Positions 8,714-17,640 of a DNA stretch of 64,000 bases are shown here, one piece after another (position 1 is the stretch's first letter; each line of letters opens with the position of its first letter). Origin of the DNA: Nitrososphaeria archaeon (lineage in GTDB: Archaea; Thermoproteota; Nitrososphaeria; Geothermarchaeales; JDFR-13); NCBI GenBank assembly GCA_027078545.1, contig JALWXN010000004.1:416001-480000 (forward strand), written 5' to 3'. Position numbers and translations under genes: made by a program. The notes below the pieces were generated by a model. The model made no database searches and had not been told where the DNA came from. It saw only the letters and a program-made list of their open reading frames with translations.

Positions 8714-8949
8714 TTATAAATAGGTCTGAGTTCGATGACAGGTTTTTAATCTATGATCCAAGAAGTGGGAAAATGTTTTTCACTAATGAAATCGGTGTCT
8801 TAATTTGGTATTTGCTCAGATGTTATGAAGTGGATAGAATTGTAGAAGCTGTTTCCATACTTACAGGAGAGAAGATGGAGACTATTAATAAAGATCTAAA
8901 TAACTTTTTAGAAAGACTTAAGAAACTAGGGTTAGTTGAAATAGAGTAA
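8677..8949 (+). CDS. PqqD-family RiPP recognition element (RRE)
   Basis: 90 aa with FLIYDPRSGKMFFTNEIGVLIW...DLNNFLERLKKLGLV, a typical PqqD pattern; overlaps the rSAM gene. Confidence 0.88.
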   Translation: MVGRRFRPKESVIINRSEFDDRFLIYDPRSGKMFFTNEIGVLIWYLLRCYEVDRIVEAVSILTGEKMETINKDLNNFLERLKKLGLVEIE

Positions 8950-9018
8950 TTGCCAGTATCTGCATTGACACACGTTATAATCTTCTTAAAGCTAAATACC
9001 ATTGTTAGTGGTGTTCCT

Positions 9019-10209
9019 ATGGAGAAGTATGACGTGATCGTGATTGGTCTGGGGCCTGGTGGTGCCTCGGCTCTCTACAAGATTGCCTCCTATGGCTACA
9101 GGGTGATTGGATTCGATAAGAGGAGGGAGATCGGCGTCCCTATCCAGTGCGGCGAGTTCATCCCGCAGTACCATGAGTATAGGGGGATCTTGCCCGAGGT
9201 TACCGACGAGTATCTCGAGATATTTAGGAAGATGCCTATGAGCCTGGTGGATAACAGGACTGATAGGGTCAGGGTTGTGACCCCTGGTGGGGATGAGTAT
9301 GAGGTTGGTTTCGACGGCTTCGTCATCGATAGGGAGAGGTTTGACAAGTGGATCGTTAAGATGGCTGTTGATAGGGGTGCCGAGGTGAGGATAAGGGCTA
9401 ATGTCTATAAGCTAGAGGAGGACGGCACCGTCCACGTCAGGATAGGGGATAAGGCTGAGAAGTATAGGGCTGACGCCGTGGTCATAGCTGCTGGGACATC
9501 CTCGACCCTCCTTGACCAGGTGGGTCTGTATAGGGAGACTGATGAGCTGAACCTTGGACACGTCATCAACTACCAGATGGCAGGCGTCGACTCTGACCCA
9601 AGGGTTGTGGAGATGTATACTGGTAAGAAGTGGTCCCCAGGGGCATATGCATGGATCATCCCTAAGGGCGGCGGCGTAGCCAATGTCGGCCTCGGGATTA
9701 GGTATGACTATATCGAGGATGATGTGAGGGATATAAACGTCTATATGGAGCGTTTCTGGCATGAGCATCCAGTGGCGTCTAAGAAGCTTGGTAGGGCCCA
9801 GCCCCTGTCATATGTGGGTGGCCTAGTCCCCGTCGGCCCACCCCCGAAGAAGACGGTCTCGGGTAGGTATGTCTCGGTGGGTGACGCGGCTAACCAGAAC
9901 ATAGCCTCCCTAGGGGCTGGGATAGTCACCTCCTCGATAGGCGGTATAGCGGCTGGTGAGGCTATACATAAGTACCTCTCAGGCGAGGCCGGCCTCGAGT
10001 ATTATGAGGAGCTCTGGAAGCGTCTACTGGGTAGGGCCTTGGAGGATGGGTATAGGCTTAGACTGGTGATAGACATCATTACGAAGGAGGACCGCTATAC
10101 GGACGAGTTTATGAGGATCGTCGGTAGGGAGAGGATTAAGGACCTTGTCTATACGAGGGCGCCGAGCAACATGGATCTCCTGAAGATTGCGATGAGCATC
10201 ATGAAGTAG
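9019..10209 (+). CDS. Geranylgeranyl reductase family (DGGR-like) FAD oxidoreductase
   Basis: YDVIVIGLGPGG, PIQCGE, YAWIIPKG..ANVGLG, VGDAA. Start ATG 9019. Confidence 0.88.
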   Translation: MEKYDVIVIGLGPGGASALYKIASYGYRVIGFDKRREIGVPIQCGEFIPQYHEYRGILPEVTDEYLEIFRKMPMSLVDNRTDRVRVVTPGGDEYEVGFDGFVIDRERFDKWIVKMAVDRGAEVRIRANVYKLEEDGTVHVRIGDKAEKYRADAVVIAAGTSSTLLDQVGLYRETDELNLGHVINYQMAGVDSDPRVVEMYTGKKWSPGAYAWIIPKGGGVANVGLGIRYDYIEDDVRDINVYMERFWHEHPVASKKLGRAQPLSYVGGLVPVGPPPKKTVSGRYVSVGDAANQNIASLGAGIVTSSIGGIAAGEAIHKYLSGEAGLEYYEELWKRLLGRALEDGYRLRLVIDIITKEDRYTDEFMRIVGRERIKDLVYTRAPSNMDLLKIAMSIMK

Positions 10210-10735
10210 TGTCTACCTCCACCACCTCAGCCTCCATTTTTTCAAGGTCGAGCACTGCCACGGTCCTCTTCCCGGTTAGGTATCCACAGGCCTCCCCAGG
10301 GTTTAGGACGAGGGTGTCACCAACCCATCTCTGGTCCACCCTATGTGTATGGCCGTAGAGGACTATGTCGTATCTACCCGACTCTGCCAGGATGTTTGGG
10401 AGCTCCATATAGGTTCCATGTGTAATCGCTATCCTCCTACCCCCAAGCTCAACCTCGTTCACAAGGTCCTCTAGGGACCAGCCCCTCTCCTCATATCTCC
10501 TCCTGAGGAGCCTCGTCTCACCATCGTTGTTGCCCAGCACCCCGTACAGCATCCCTATACCGGCCTCACCCATCCACTCCACGGTGAATGGTGCTATGTG
10601 GTCACCGCAGTGTACAGCTGTGACCCCCTTTCCAAAGCCTAGCCTCTCTAGGAGGCCTGGTAGCATCTCGAAGAATGGCTTGTCGTCATGGGTGTCTGAG
10701 ATGACCAGGATCTTCATGTCGTATCCCTCCTCCAA
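10199..10735 (-). CDS. YfcE/MJ0936-family metallophosphoesterase
   Basis: ISDTH, HCGD, GNND, THG, GHTH, NPG. Start may be ATG 10717. Confidence 0.9.
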   Translation of the reverse strand: MEEGYDMKILVISDTHDDKPFFEMLPGLLERLGFGKGVTAVHCGDHIAPFTVEWMGEAGIGMLYGVLGNNDGETRLLRRRYEERGWSLEDLVNEVELGGRRIAITHGTYMELPNILAESGRYDIVLYGHTHRVDQRWVGDTLVLNPGEACGYLTGKRTVAVLDLEKMEAEVVEVDTTS

Positions 10736-10748
10736 GGGGCTTCTATGT

Positions 10749-10835
10749 TGGAGCCCCGGCCGGGATTTGAACCCGGGACCTGCGGCTATCCCTTGGCCGT
10801 ACGAGGCCGCCGCTCTACCGCTGAGCTACCGGGGC
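10749..10835 (-). tRNA. tRNA-Thr(CGT) with a 12-nt intron at 37/38 (intron 10788-10799)
   Basis: GCCCCGG acceptor, GCTC/GAGC D stem, GCGGC/GCCGC anticodon stem, loop CT-CGT-A[CGGCCAAGGGAT]A, T arm CCGGG-TTCAAAT-CCCGG, discriminator T, encoded CCA. Confidence 0.93.
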
Positions 10836-10866
10836 CCTATAACGATTCTATTCCGCTGCGGACTTA

Positions 10867-11187
10867 TTATAGGAGCCTCCTCGCGGCCGGTATGTTGACC
10901 TCCCTATTCTCGACTGGGTCTAGGAAGCGGATCCTGTTCTTCTCGTCTCTATAGGCTATGACGGGCTTAGCCCCGGTGTTCCTGACCATCTCGACCAGCC
11001 TCTCCCGGGACCTCTTCGTTATCCTACCCGTCTTACACTCGACTAGGTATACCTCCCCCATATACATCGCTATTAGGTCTAGTGGCTTTGACCCTGCTAG
11101 GCGGAATACTCGGTAGCCCAGCCTCTCCAGGTGCTTCTTCACCCTGATCTCGAATCTATAGCCCTTCCTATACCTCTGGTTAGGCAT
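10867..11187 (-). CDS. Holliday junction resolvase Hjc-like nuclease
   Basis: KGYRFE, GYRVFR.AGS, DLIA, LVECK (PD-(D/E)xK motif). Confidence 0.8.
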   Translation of the reverse strand: MPNQRYRKGYRFEIRVKKHLERLGYRVFRLAGSKPLDLIAMYMGEVYLVECKTGRITKRSRERLVEMVRNTGAKPVIAYRDEKNRIRFLDPVENREVNIPAARRLL

Positions 11188-11207
11188 CCCAATTAAGGCT
11201 TAACCCG

Positions 11208-11642
11208 GTGGGTGGGAAATATAGTGTGTGGCGGTGCATAGCCTTGAGGATCGTGTTTAGGCGTGGGGATCTAGAAGGGTTTAGGAGGCTGGCTATGGAG
11301 AGTGAAATTGAGGAGGCCGGCCTCCTCGTGGGTAGATGCCTAGGTGAGGAGTGCCGGGTGGAGCGTATCTTCGTGGCTGAGAATATCGACCGGAGCCCTG
11401 TGAGGTTCACTATAGATCCATACACCATGCTACGGGCCTATGAATATGCCGATGCAGAGGGGCTCGAGGTGATAGGGGTTATACATGGCCATCCAGCCCC
11501 GCCCCAGCCGAGTAGCCTCGACCTGGAGAATATGAGGAGGTGGCCGGTGATATGGGTCATCATAGATACGAGGACTGGTGAGGTGGGGGCCTGGCTCTGG
11601 AGGGACAGCCTCATAAAGGTTGAGTATAGTATTATGGATTAG
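11208..11642 (+). CDS. JAMM/MPN+ (M67) metalloprotease, desampylase-like
   Basis: EEAGLL...HGHP..PQPSSLD. True start may be slightly downstream. Confidence 0.88.
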   Translation: MGGKYSVWRCIALRIVFRRGDLEGFRRLAMESEIEEAGLLVGRCLGEECRVERIFVAENIDRSPVRFTIDPYTMLRAYEYADAEGLEVIGVIHGHPAPPQPSSLDLENMRRWPVIWVIIDTRTGEVGAWLWRDSLIKVEYSIMD

Positions 11643-11650
11643 TCCGGTGG

Positions 11651-13402
11651 TTGGGCGTGTCGAAGGCGGAGAAGGTCTTCAGCCTGGCTAGGAGGAGGGG
11701 ATTCTTCTGGCCCGCATACGAGATATATGGCGGTGTAGCCGGGTTCTACACCTGGGGCCCCCTTGGGGTCCTCCTGAAGAATAAGATCCGGAGCTTCTGG
11801 AGGGAGATGTTCGTATATAGACATGGCTTCGTGGAGATCGAGGGGCCGTCGATAGCCCCGGAGATAGTTTTCAAGGCCTCTGGGCATGTCGAGGGCTTCA
11901 AGGATGTGATGGTATCCTGTCTAAACTGTGGAGCTAAGTATAGAGCTGACAAGCTACTGGAGGAGCGTGGCGTGGAGGCGCCTGAAGGCCTGAGCCCAGA
12001 GGAGTATCTCGGCCTGATCAGGGAGAATAATGTTAGGTGTCCGAGCTGTGGGGGTGAGCTGGGCAACCCAGGCTACTTCATAACGATGTTCCAGACAACT
12101 ATTGGGCCATACTCCGACGCGGTTGGATATCTCAGGCCGGAGACGGCCCAGAACATGTTCACGGAGTTTAGGCGTGTGTATGAGGTTATGAGGAGGCGCT
12201 TCCCCCTAGGCGTTGCCCAGATAGGTAGGGGCTTCAGGAACGAGATCAGCCCTAGGCAGGGTGTTATAAGGCTTAGGGAGTTCGACATGATGGAGATAGA
12301 GTTCTTCTTCGACCCTGAGGATGAGGACTTCCCCTGGGCTGAGGAGGTGATGGATGAGGAGCTCAACATCCTCCATGAAGAGCTTATTAGGAGTGGGGGT
12401 AGGGACTATGAGACCATGACTGTTAGGGAGGCCCTGGAGAGGGGCATTATCCACTACAGGTCGATGGCCTACTTCATGGTACTGGCGAAGAGGTTCATCG
12501 CGGCGCTGGGCATACCCGAGGATAGGCAGAGGTTTAGGGAGAAGCTTGAGGGGGAGCGGGCCCACTATGCGAGGAAGGTCTTCGACCAGGAGGTCCTCCT
12601 GGACAGGTGGGGCTGGGTAGAGGTCTCCGGCCACGCCGATAGGACTGACTACGACCTATCCAGACACTCCAAGTATAGTGGTAGGGAGCTGGCTGTGGAG
12701 AAGAGGCTTGAGAAGCCTATAACCGTAACGGTTAGGGAGGCCTATCCAGAGCCTAGGCGTATAAGGGAGTCCTACCCCGAGAAGATCGGGGAGATCATGA
12801 GGAGCCTCTCAGGCATGGATCCCGAGGAGCTTTATAGACTGCTGGATAGCCAGGGCTATATTGAAGTCGCTGGGGTCAGGCTTGGGAAGGAGTTCTTCAG
12901 GCTGGAGGTGGGTGAGGAGAGGAGGAGTGTGAAGAAGATAATCCCCCATGTTGTGGAGCCCTCATTCGGGCTCGATAGGATTGTATACGCCACGCTTGAG
13001 TATGCCTATAGGGAGAAGGGTGACAGGGTGGTCCTCTCCCTCCCTGCCTATGTAGCTCCTATCGAGGCGGCTGTATACCCACTCCTCGATAGGGATGACC
13101 TGAGGGGGCTGGCTGAGGATATAGTCCTGGAGCTGGAGGAGAATGGGTTCAGGGTCTTCTACGACTATGGAGACAGTATCGGTAGGCTCTATGCTAGGGG
13201 TGACGAGATAGGTGTCCCTATAGCCTTCACCGTCGATATGAGGAGTCTGAGGGATGATACGGTTACGGCTAGGGATAGGGATACCTGGGTCCAGTATAGG
13301 GTTGAGCGTGGAAGGGTTGTCGAGATGGTGGAGCGCCTAGTCTCTGGGGAGCCATTCGAGGAGATAGCTAGGTCTATGGGGCTGGAGAAGGTATCTGTCT
13401 AG
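11651..13402 (+). CDS. glyS: Glycine--tRNA ligase (archaeal/eukaryal type)
   Basis: LRPETAQ, FRNEISPRQG.IRLREF, VEPSFGLDR, C-terminal anticodon-binding domain. Confidence 0.95.
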   Translation: MGVSKAEKVFSLARRRGFFWPAYEIYGGVAGFYTWGPLGVLLKNKIRSFWREMFVYRHGFVEIEGPSIAPEIVFKASGHVEGFKDVMVSCLNCGAKYRADKLLEERGVEAPEGLSPEEYLGLIRENNVRCPSCGGELGNPGYFITMFQTTIGPYSDAVGYLRPETAQNMFTEFRRVYEVMRRRFPLGVAQIGRGFRNEISPRQGVIRLREFDMMEIEFFFDPEDEDFPWAEEVMDEELNILHEELIRSGGRDYETMTVREALERGIIHYRSMAYFMVLAKRFIAALGIPEDRQRFREKLEGERAHYARKVFDQEVLLDRWGWVEVSGHADRTDYDLSRHSKYSGRELAVEKRLEKPITVTVREAYPEPRRIRESYPEKIGEIMRSLSGMDPEELYRLLDSQGYIEVAGVRLGKEFFRLEVGEERRSVKKIIPHVVEPSFGLDRIVYATLEYAYREKGDRVVLSLPAYVAPIEAAVYPLLDRDDLRGLAEDIVLELEENGFRVFYDYGDSIGRLYARGDEIGVPIAFTVDMRSLRDDTVTARDRDTWVQYRVERGRVVEMVERLVSGEPFEEIARSMGLEKVSV

Positions 13403-13704
13403 AACCTCTCGCCTAGATACTTGTCGTAGTCCTCTATATCGTTTATACTTATCCTCTCAAGGCTGCTGTGCCTCCTCTTCCTCCTTATCCTCCTCTCCAC
13501 GTATACTCCACACCTGCCGTCGGGTAGGAGCTTGTTTATCGAGCATGCTGGGAACTGGCATGGCTGTGGTACGCAGTCGTCGTTGACGAGTTTACATATC
13601 CTCTTGTCCCCAGCTATTAGGAGCGACCTGTTTGTACATCTGAAGTATCGGCAGAAGGGTGTGCAGTACTCCACGTCGCCAGGCTCGATGAACTTCGCCC
13701 TCAT
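13399..13704 (-). CDS. Small Cys-rich hypothetical protein (possible metal binder)
   Basis: 101 aa, 8 Cys (CTPFCRYFRC...C..C..C..C..LLPDGRC), basic C-terminal segment. Confidence 0.7.
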   Translation of the reverse strand: MRAKFIEPGDVEYCTPFCRYFRCTNRSLLIAGDKRICKLVNDDCVPQPCQFPACSINKLLPDGRCGVYVERRIRRKRRHSSLERISINDIEDYDKYLGERF

Positions 13705-13751
13705 GGCGGAGCATCCTCTTGGCCAGTGTCCTCCATATATCTACGGGGGGT

Positions 13752-14336
13752 CTATGGATTAATAAACTCTTTGTGACAGCTCCTCAGGAGCTCGGCCGCA
13801 GCATAGGCAGCCATGGATGCGATTGATATTGGCCTGGGTATCCTACCCTCTGGCGTCAACCTCTTGAGCAGCCTTATAGCTTCTCCCTCTGTTATGCCTA
13901 GTGTCCTGACATATATCCTGTGGCCGTTGAGGTATGCCTCCCTCCTGGGGCCGAGCCTTAGGTATAGGAGTAGCCTATCCTCCCACCTAGGCATCTGCAT
14001 TATATACCTGACTATGCCCTCGGTCTCCTCATAGGTTATTGCTATTAGTGGTAGACCGGTCTCGAGGTGTATCCTCTCCAGGTCGACTATGTTGTACCAG
14101 CTTATAACGACTCCTGAGAGGAGTATAGCGTTGATATCCTCCCTGCCCATCTCCCTGATAAGGCTGAGTATGTTCTCGGTGCTGTCCAGCCCACCCACTG
14201 TGTTGAGCCTGTACCATATCCCGTCGAATCCACGGTCTAGCCTATAGACCACCCCAGCTAGGACTGCGTATCGATCCCCCTTCCTATAGCTCTCGGCTAT
14301 GCCTAGGACTCGGGAGCCCGTCTTAAAATATGTCAT
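13752..14336 (-). CDS. DUF99 family endonuclease V-like protein
   Basis: RVLGIAES, VGGLDST, REDINAILLSG..ISWYNIVD, GRIPRPI. Confidence 0.85.
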   Translation of the reverse strand: MTYFKTGSRVLGIAESYRKGDRYAVLAGVVYRLDRGFDGIWYRLNTVGGLDSTENILSLIREMGREDINAILLSGVVISWYNIVDLERIHLETGLPLIAITYEETEGIVRYIMQMPRWEDRLLLYLRLGPRREAYLNGHRIYVRTLGITEGEAIRLLKRLTPEGRIPRPISIASMAAYAAAELLRSCHKEFINP

Positions 14337-14384
14337 CGGTGAAATGAATATTGTCTCCCTACACTGTATATAGGGTGTTGCGGC

Positions 14385-15356
14385 TTGGTAGAGGTCTGGC
14401 TCCCCTATAGAGAGGTCGAGATACCTGTCATGCTGCCCGACCCTATCAACCTGAAGATAATGCCTAAGACGGTCTATCCCCAGGTGATGGAGCGGGAGGC
14501 CCTCGAGAGGCTTAGGCTCCTCGTCGGTGAGAGGGCCACCCCCATCTATTCCCCCGTGGCCGATGAGGTGGAGAGGAGCTTTATCAGGCGCCTACTTAGG
14601 AGGGCCGGCGTGGAGGAGGGTGGGGATAGGAAGGTCTATATAGACATCTATAGGGAGGACCCCGTCCTCGGCTATAGGTCTAGCGTGTGGATACCCACGC
14701 TTATAGAGGGGGGTGTAGAGATCCTTAGGAGGGCCTTGGAGGGTGGGGTTGAGCCCAGCCCTCCCAGGGCGGTCTATATAGACCTTATACTAGACGGCGG
14801 CGCCCGGCTATATGACGTGGTAGGCTCTAGGGATGGTGGGCATCTAGGGGAGGCTAGGGAGAAGTATAGGTCTGGCTGGTGCCTCAGGTCGGAGCCTGGT
14901 AGGCTGATAGTGGCTAGTATGGGTGGGGAGCCCTGGGACTCGAGTCTCTACCTCTTCATGGTGGGCCTGGCAAAGCTGGCTAGGCTTATGGAGCCTGGCC
15001 AGACGACCTCCCTAGTCGTGGCCTCTACCAAGCAGATCGATCTGGACCCAACGATTCTTAGGGATGTAGTGCCTGAGGAGGCCTCTGATCCCAAGCTCTT
15101 CTACATAGCCTACTCCAAGAGGCTTATCAAGGATCTGAACATCGTCTATTACGGGGCCCTCCCCAGGACTATAACCAGTATACTGGGGATAAACAAGATT
15201 AGGAGTCCGGAGGCCTATATCCAGCGCCTCCCAGTGGCTCGGAAGAGGGATGTCCTCGTCATCGAGGATCTATACCTGATGAGTACCGAGCCCTGCCTAG
15301 ACTCCTATGGGGAGGGGGAGCATCAGGAAGCCGAGGATGAGGCTGAAGAAGTATAG
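14385..15356 (+). CDS. Hypothetical protein with remote LarA (lactate racemase)-like segments
   Basis: N-terminal VEVWLPY..VEIPV and IVASMGGEPWDSSLY resemble LarA-family motifs; otherwise shortened. Confidence 0.45.
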   Translation: MVEVWLPYREVEIPVMLPDPINLKIMPKTVYPQVMEREALERLRLLVGERATPIYSPVADEVERSFIRRLLRRAGVEEGGDRKVYIDIYREDPVLGYRSSVWIPTLIEGGVEILRRALEGGVEPSPPRAVYIDLILDGGARLYDVVGSRDGGHLGEAREKYRSGWCLRSEPGRLIVASMGGEPWDSSLYLFMVGLAKLARLMEPGQTTSLVVASTKQIDLDPTILRDVVPEEASDPKLFYIAYSKRLIKDLNIVYYGALPRTITSILGINKIRSPEAYIQRLPVARKRDVLVIEDLYLMSTEPCLDSYGEGEHQEAEDEAEEV

Positions 15357-16415
15357 TATCTTCCTCTTGGTGGATAGTGGCGTGATGTCGTTTAGGGGCC
15401 TGACTGTCCTCCCCCCGCTCAGCATGTAGAAGGCCAGTATCAGGATGGCGAATGCCACGAAGCCTATCAGTATCATGAATAGTATGGCTATGAAGGTTAT
15501 GGTGTTGTGCCTCTTCTCTCCGAAGAATGCCCTTGCGAGGTGGCCCCCGTCTAGCTGCCAGGCGGGTATCAGGTTTAGCCCGGTTATCAGCATGCCGAGC
15601 ACCGCTACGAAGGATATCGGGTCTAGGAGGACGACCGCGTCGGGGGGTATGTCCCTGAAGGTGTAGAGTATCTTGATGTATAGCCAGGGGACTGGGAAGG
15701 GTATCGGGTCCCTCCCCAGCCTCGCGAGGAACTCCTGATACTCCTCCTGTGTCAGGACGGGTGTATATGGTAGGGAGTAGAATAGGATGAGGAAGGTGGG
15801 TATGAGGCCCGCCAGTGGCCCGGCCAGTCCTATGTCGAAGAGGGCGTCCCTATTGTTTGGGGGCTCCCTCTGGGATATGACTGCTCCGAAGGTTGGTATG
15901 AAGCCTGGTACTGCGGGTATGCCGGGTATGAAGTAGGGCATCGAGGCGTCGACGCCGTATCTCCGGATCATTACTAGGTGGCCCAGCTCGTGTATCCCTA
16001 TGATGGATAGGAGCCCAACGGTGTAGAGGATCCCTGTCATAAGGGGTGTATAGGCTGGTATCAACTCGTATAGGAGTGGGGACTGGGTCTTGAAGTAGGC
16101 GTCTATTATGATCACTGCTAGGGTGGCTATGAAGAGTATTAGGGGCTTCCTACTTGGCTTAGACTCCATGAGGGGGTATTTACTGATGACTATCTCGACC
16201 TGGTCATCGGTATACTTCTTTGCGAAGGCTATGTAGCCCCTCTGCTTCAGCTCGTTGACATAGTCCATAAACTTCTCCTTGAAGTCCTTGTCGAGGCTGA
16301 CTAGGAATCTTGGGTGGCCGTGGAATATGTGTAGATCGACTACCACGAAGTATTTACTAGTGATCTCCTCGAGGAGGTCTATATCGAAGGGGCTATACTC
16401 GGTTCTCTCCTCCAT
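15297..16415 (-). CDS. Site-2 protease (peptidase M50)
   Basis: HELGH, AGPLAG, NLIPAWQLDGGH; multiple TM segments. Confidence 0.93.
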   Translation of the reverse strand: MEERTEYSPFDIDLLEEITSKYFVVVDLHIFHGHPRFLVSLDKDFKEKFMDYVNELKQRGYIAFAKKYTDDQVEIVISKYPLMESKPSRKPLILFIATLAVIIIDAYFKTQSPLLYELIPAYTPLMTGILYTVGLLSIIGIHELGHLVMIRRYGVDASMPYFIPGIPAVPGFIPTFGAVISQREPPNNRDALFDIGLAGPLAGLIPTFLILFYSLPYTPVLTQEEYQEFLARLGRDPIPFPVPWLYIKILYTFRDIPPDAVVLLDPISFVAVLGMLITGLNLIPAWQLDGGHLARAFFGEKRHNTITFIAILFMILIGFVAFAILILAFYMLSGGRTVRPLNDITPLSTKRKILYFFSLILGFLMLPLPIGV

Positions 16416-16496
16416 CCCCGGATCCCTACCCGTTCACCATGTATAATGGGGTCTCTGTAGGAATATAACGGTGACGAATAATCTATATTTTTCGAA

Positions 16497-16982
16497 GTGA
16501 GTAGGAGTGTCGAGTACCGTATAGAGAGGGTTAGGTATGAGGATCTAGGGGTGGTTAAGGCGCTTAACGAGATGCTCCTACCAGAGAACTACCCCTTCTA
16601 CTTCTACGAGACCCTCTATAGGGACTATGGCGACGCCTTCTACGTCGCCAAGGTGGGTGGGGAGATCGTCGGCTACGTTATGTGCAGGGTTGAGAAGGAG
16701 TTTAGGCTGGAGATACCCTTTAGGTTTGAGAAGGTTGGGCATATAGTCTCGATAGCTGTGAAGCCTGAGTACCGTGGGATGGGTATCGGTAGGAGCCTTA
16801 TGGAGGCGGCTATAAAGGCTCTTAGGGATAGGTATGGTGTGAAGTATGTCTATCTCGAGGTAAGGGTGTCGAACACTGGTGCCATAAGGTTCTATGAGAG
16901 GCTTGGCTTCAGGATCGTGAAGAGGGTGGGTGGATACTATAGGGATGGTGAGGATGCATATATTATGCGGCTAGACTTCTAA
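16497..16982 (+). CDS. N-terminal acetyltransferase, Ard1/RimI family
   Basis: LPENY, GHIVSIAV..YRGMGIG, LEVRVSN, YYRDGEDAY. Confidence 0.92.
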   Translation: MSRSVEYRIERVRYEDLGVVKALNEMLLPENYPFYFYETLYRDYGDAFYVAKVGGEIVGYVMCRVEKEFRLEIPFRFEKVGHIVSIAVKPEYRGMGIGRSLMEAAIKALRDRYGVKYVYLEVRVSNTGAIRFYERLGFRIVKRVGGYYRDGEDAYIMRLDF

Positions 16983-17001
16983 GGATATTTGTTGTGAGAC
17001 C

Positions 17002-17640
17002 GTGTTAGACCCCGAGGTCTTGACGCTCCTCATCGAGATACAGGTCTTGACAGCGTCGGGAGCGCTAGCCCCGGGCCCGTTATCCATGGCTACTCTGGGG
17101 GCTGGGCTTAGGAGGGGTTGGAAGGCGGGGATATACGCGGCTCTGGGCCATATGCTGGCTGAGATACCAGTATTCTACCTAGTCGCCCTCAGCGTATTGA
17201 CGCTAAACACGATCGGGTTCTTCAGGCCTATACTGGCCCTACTAGGCGGGGGATACATACTCTACCTGGGCTATCTACATGTACGGATGGATGAGGTGGA
17301 GTTTAGGGCTAGGGAGGAGGTGGCCCACCCGATACTTATCGGGGCGATCTTCTCCCTCTTCAACCCATACTTCATAATATGGTGGGTCTTGATTGGGGGC
17401 ATCTTCATAACCCATGGGATAGAGGTGCTCGGCTTCAACATGCTTCCACTGGTGTATGCTGCTCATGTATGGATGGACTATGCCTGGCTAGGCTTCCTAG
17501 CCCTCGTGGCAAGTATGGGAGTCAAGAGGTTTGGGGGTAGGCTGCTCAGGCTGGTGAATATAGTGCTCGGCCTCATACTGATATACCTCGGGGCCACCTT
17601 CATCTACGACGCCGTCTACATACTCTTCCTGACGGGCTAG
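17002..17640 (+). CDS. LysE-family transporter
   Basis: SGALAPGP, GH, NPYFIIWW; hydrophobic. Confidence 0.88.
   Translation: MLDPEVLTLLIEIQVLTASGALAPGPLSMATLGAGLRRGWKAGIYAALGHMLAEIPVFYLVALSVLTLNTIGFFRPILALLGGGYILYLGYLHVRMDEVEFRAREEVAHPILIGAIFSLFNPYFIIWWVLIGGIFITHGIEVLGFNMLPLVYAAHVWMDYAWLGFLALVASMGVKRFGGRLLRLVNIVLGLILIYLGATFIYDAVYILFLTG

Larger units (their letters stand above)
5319..8999. other. AT-rich genomic island carrying a peptide-modification operon
   Basis: Abrupt composition shift (hand count 19/60 G+C at 7321-7380 versus 36/60 at 4561-4620) and A/T-ending codons, between surE and the geranylgeranyl reductase gene. Confidence 0.85.

Noticed and set aside
5523-8949. Lasso peptide cluster
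   Set aside because: A YxxP leader and RRE are present, but there is no lasso cyclase or B2 peptidase, and the putative core has no Asp/Glu for macrolactam formation.
5324-8992. CTTAAAGC direct repeat at both island borders (5324-5331 and 8985-8992) as an attachment site
   Set aside because: Only 8 bp in AT-rich DNA, and the right copy sits where the TATA box of the downstream gene is expected.
15297-16415. M50 protease as the RiPP leader peptidase
   Set aside because: It lies outside the island with host-like composition and belongs to a common housekeeping family; nothing links it to the cluster.
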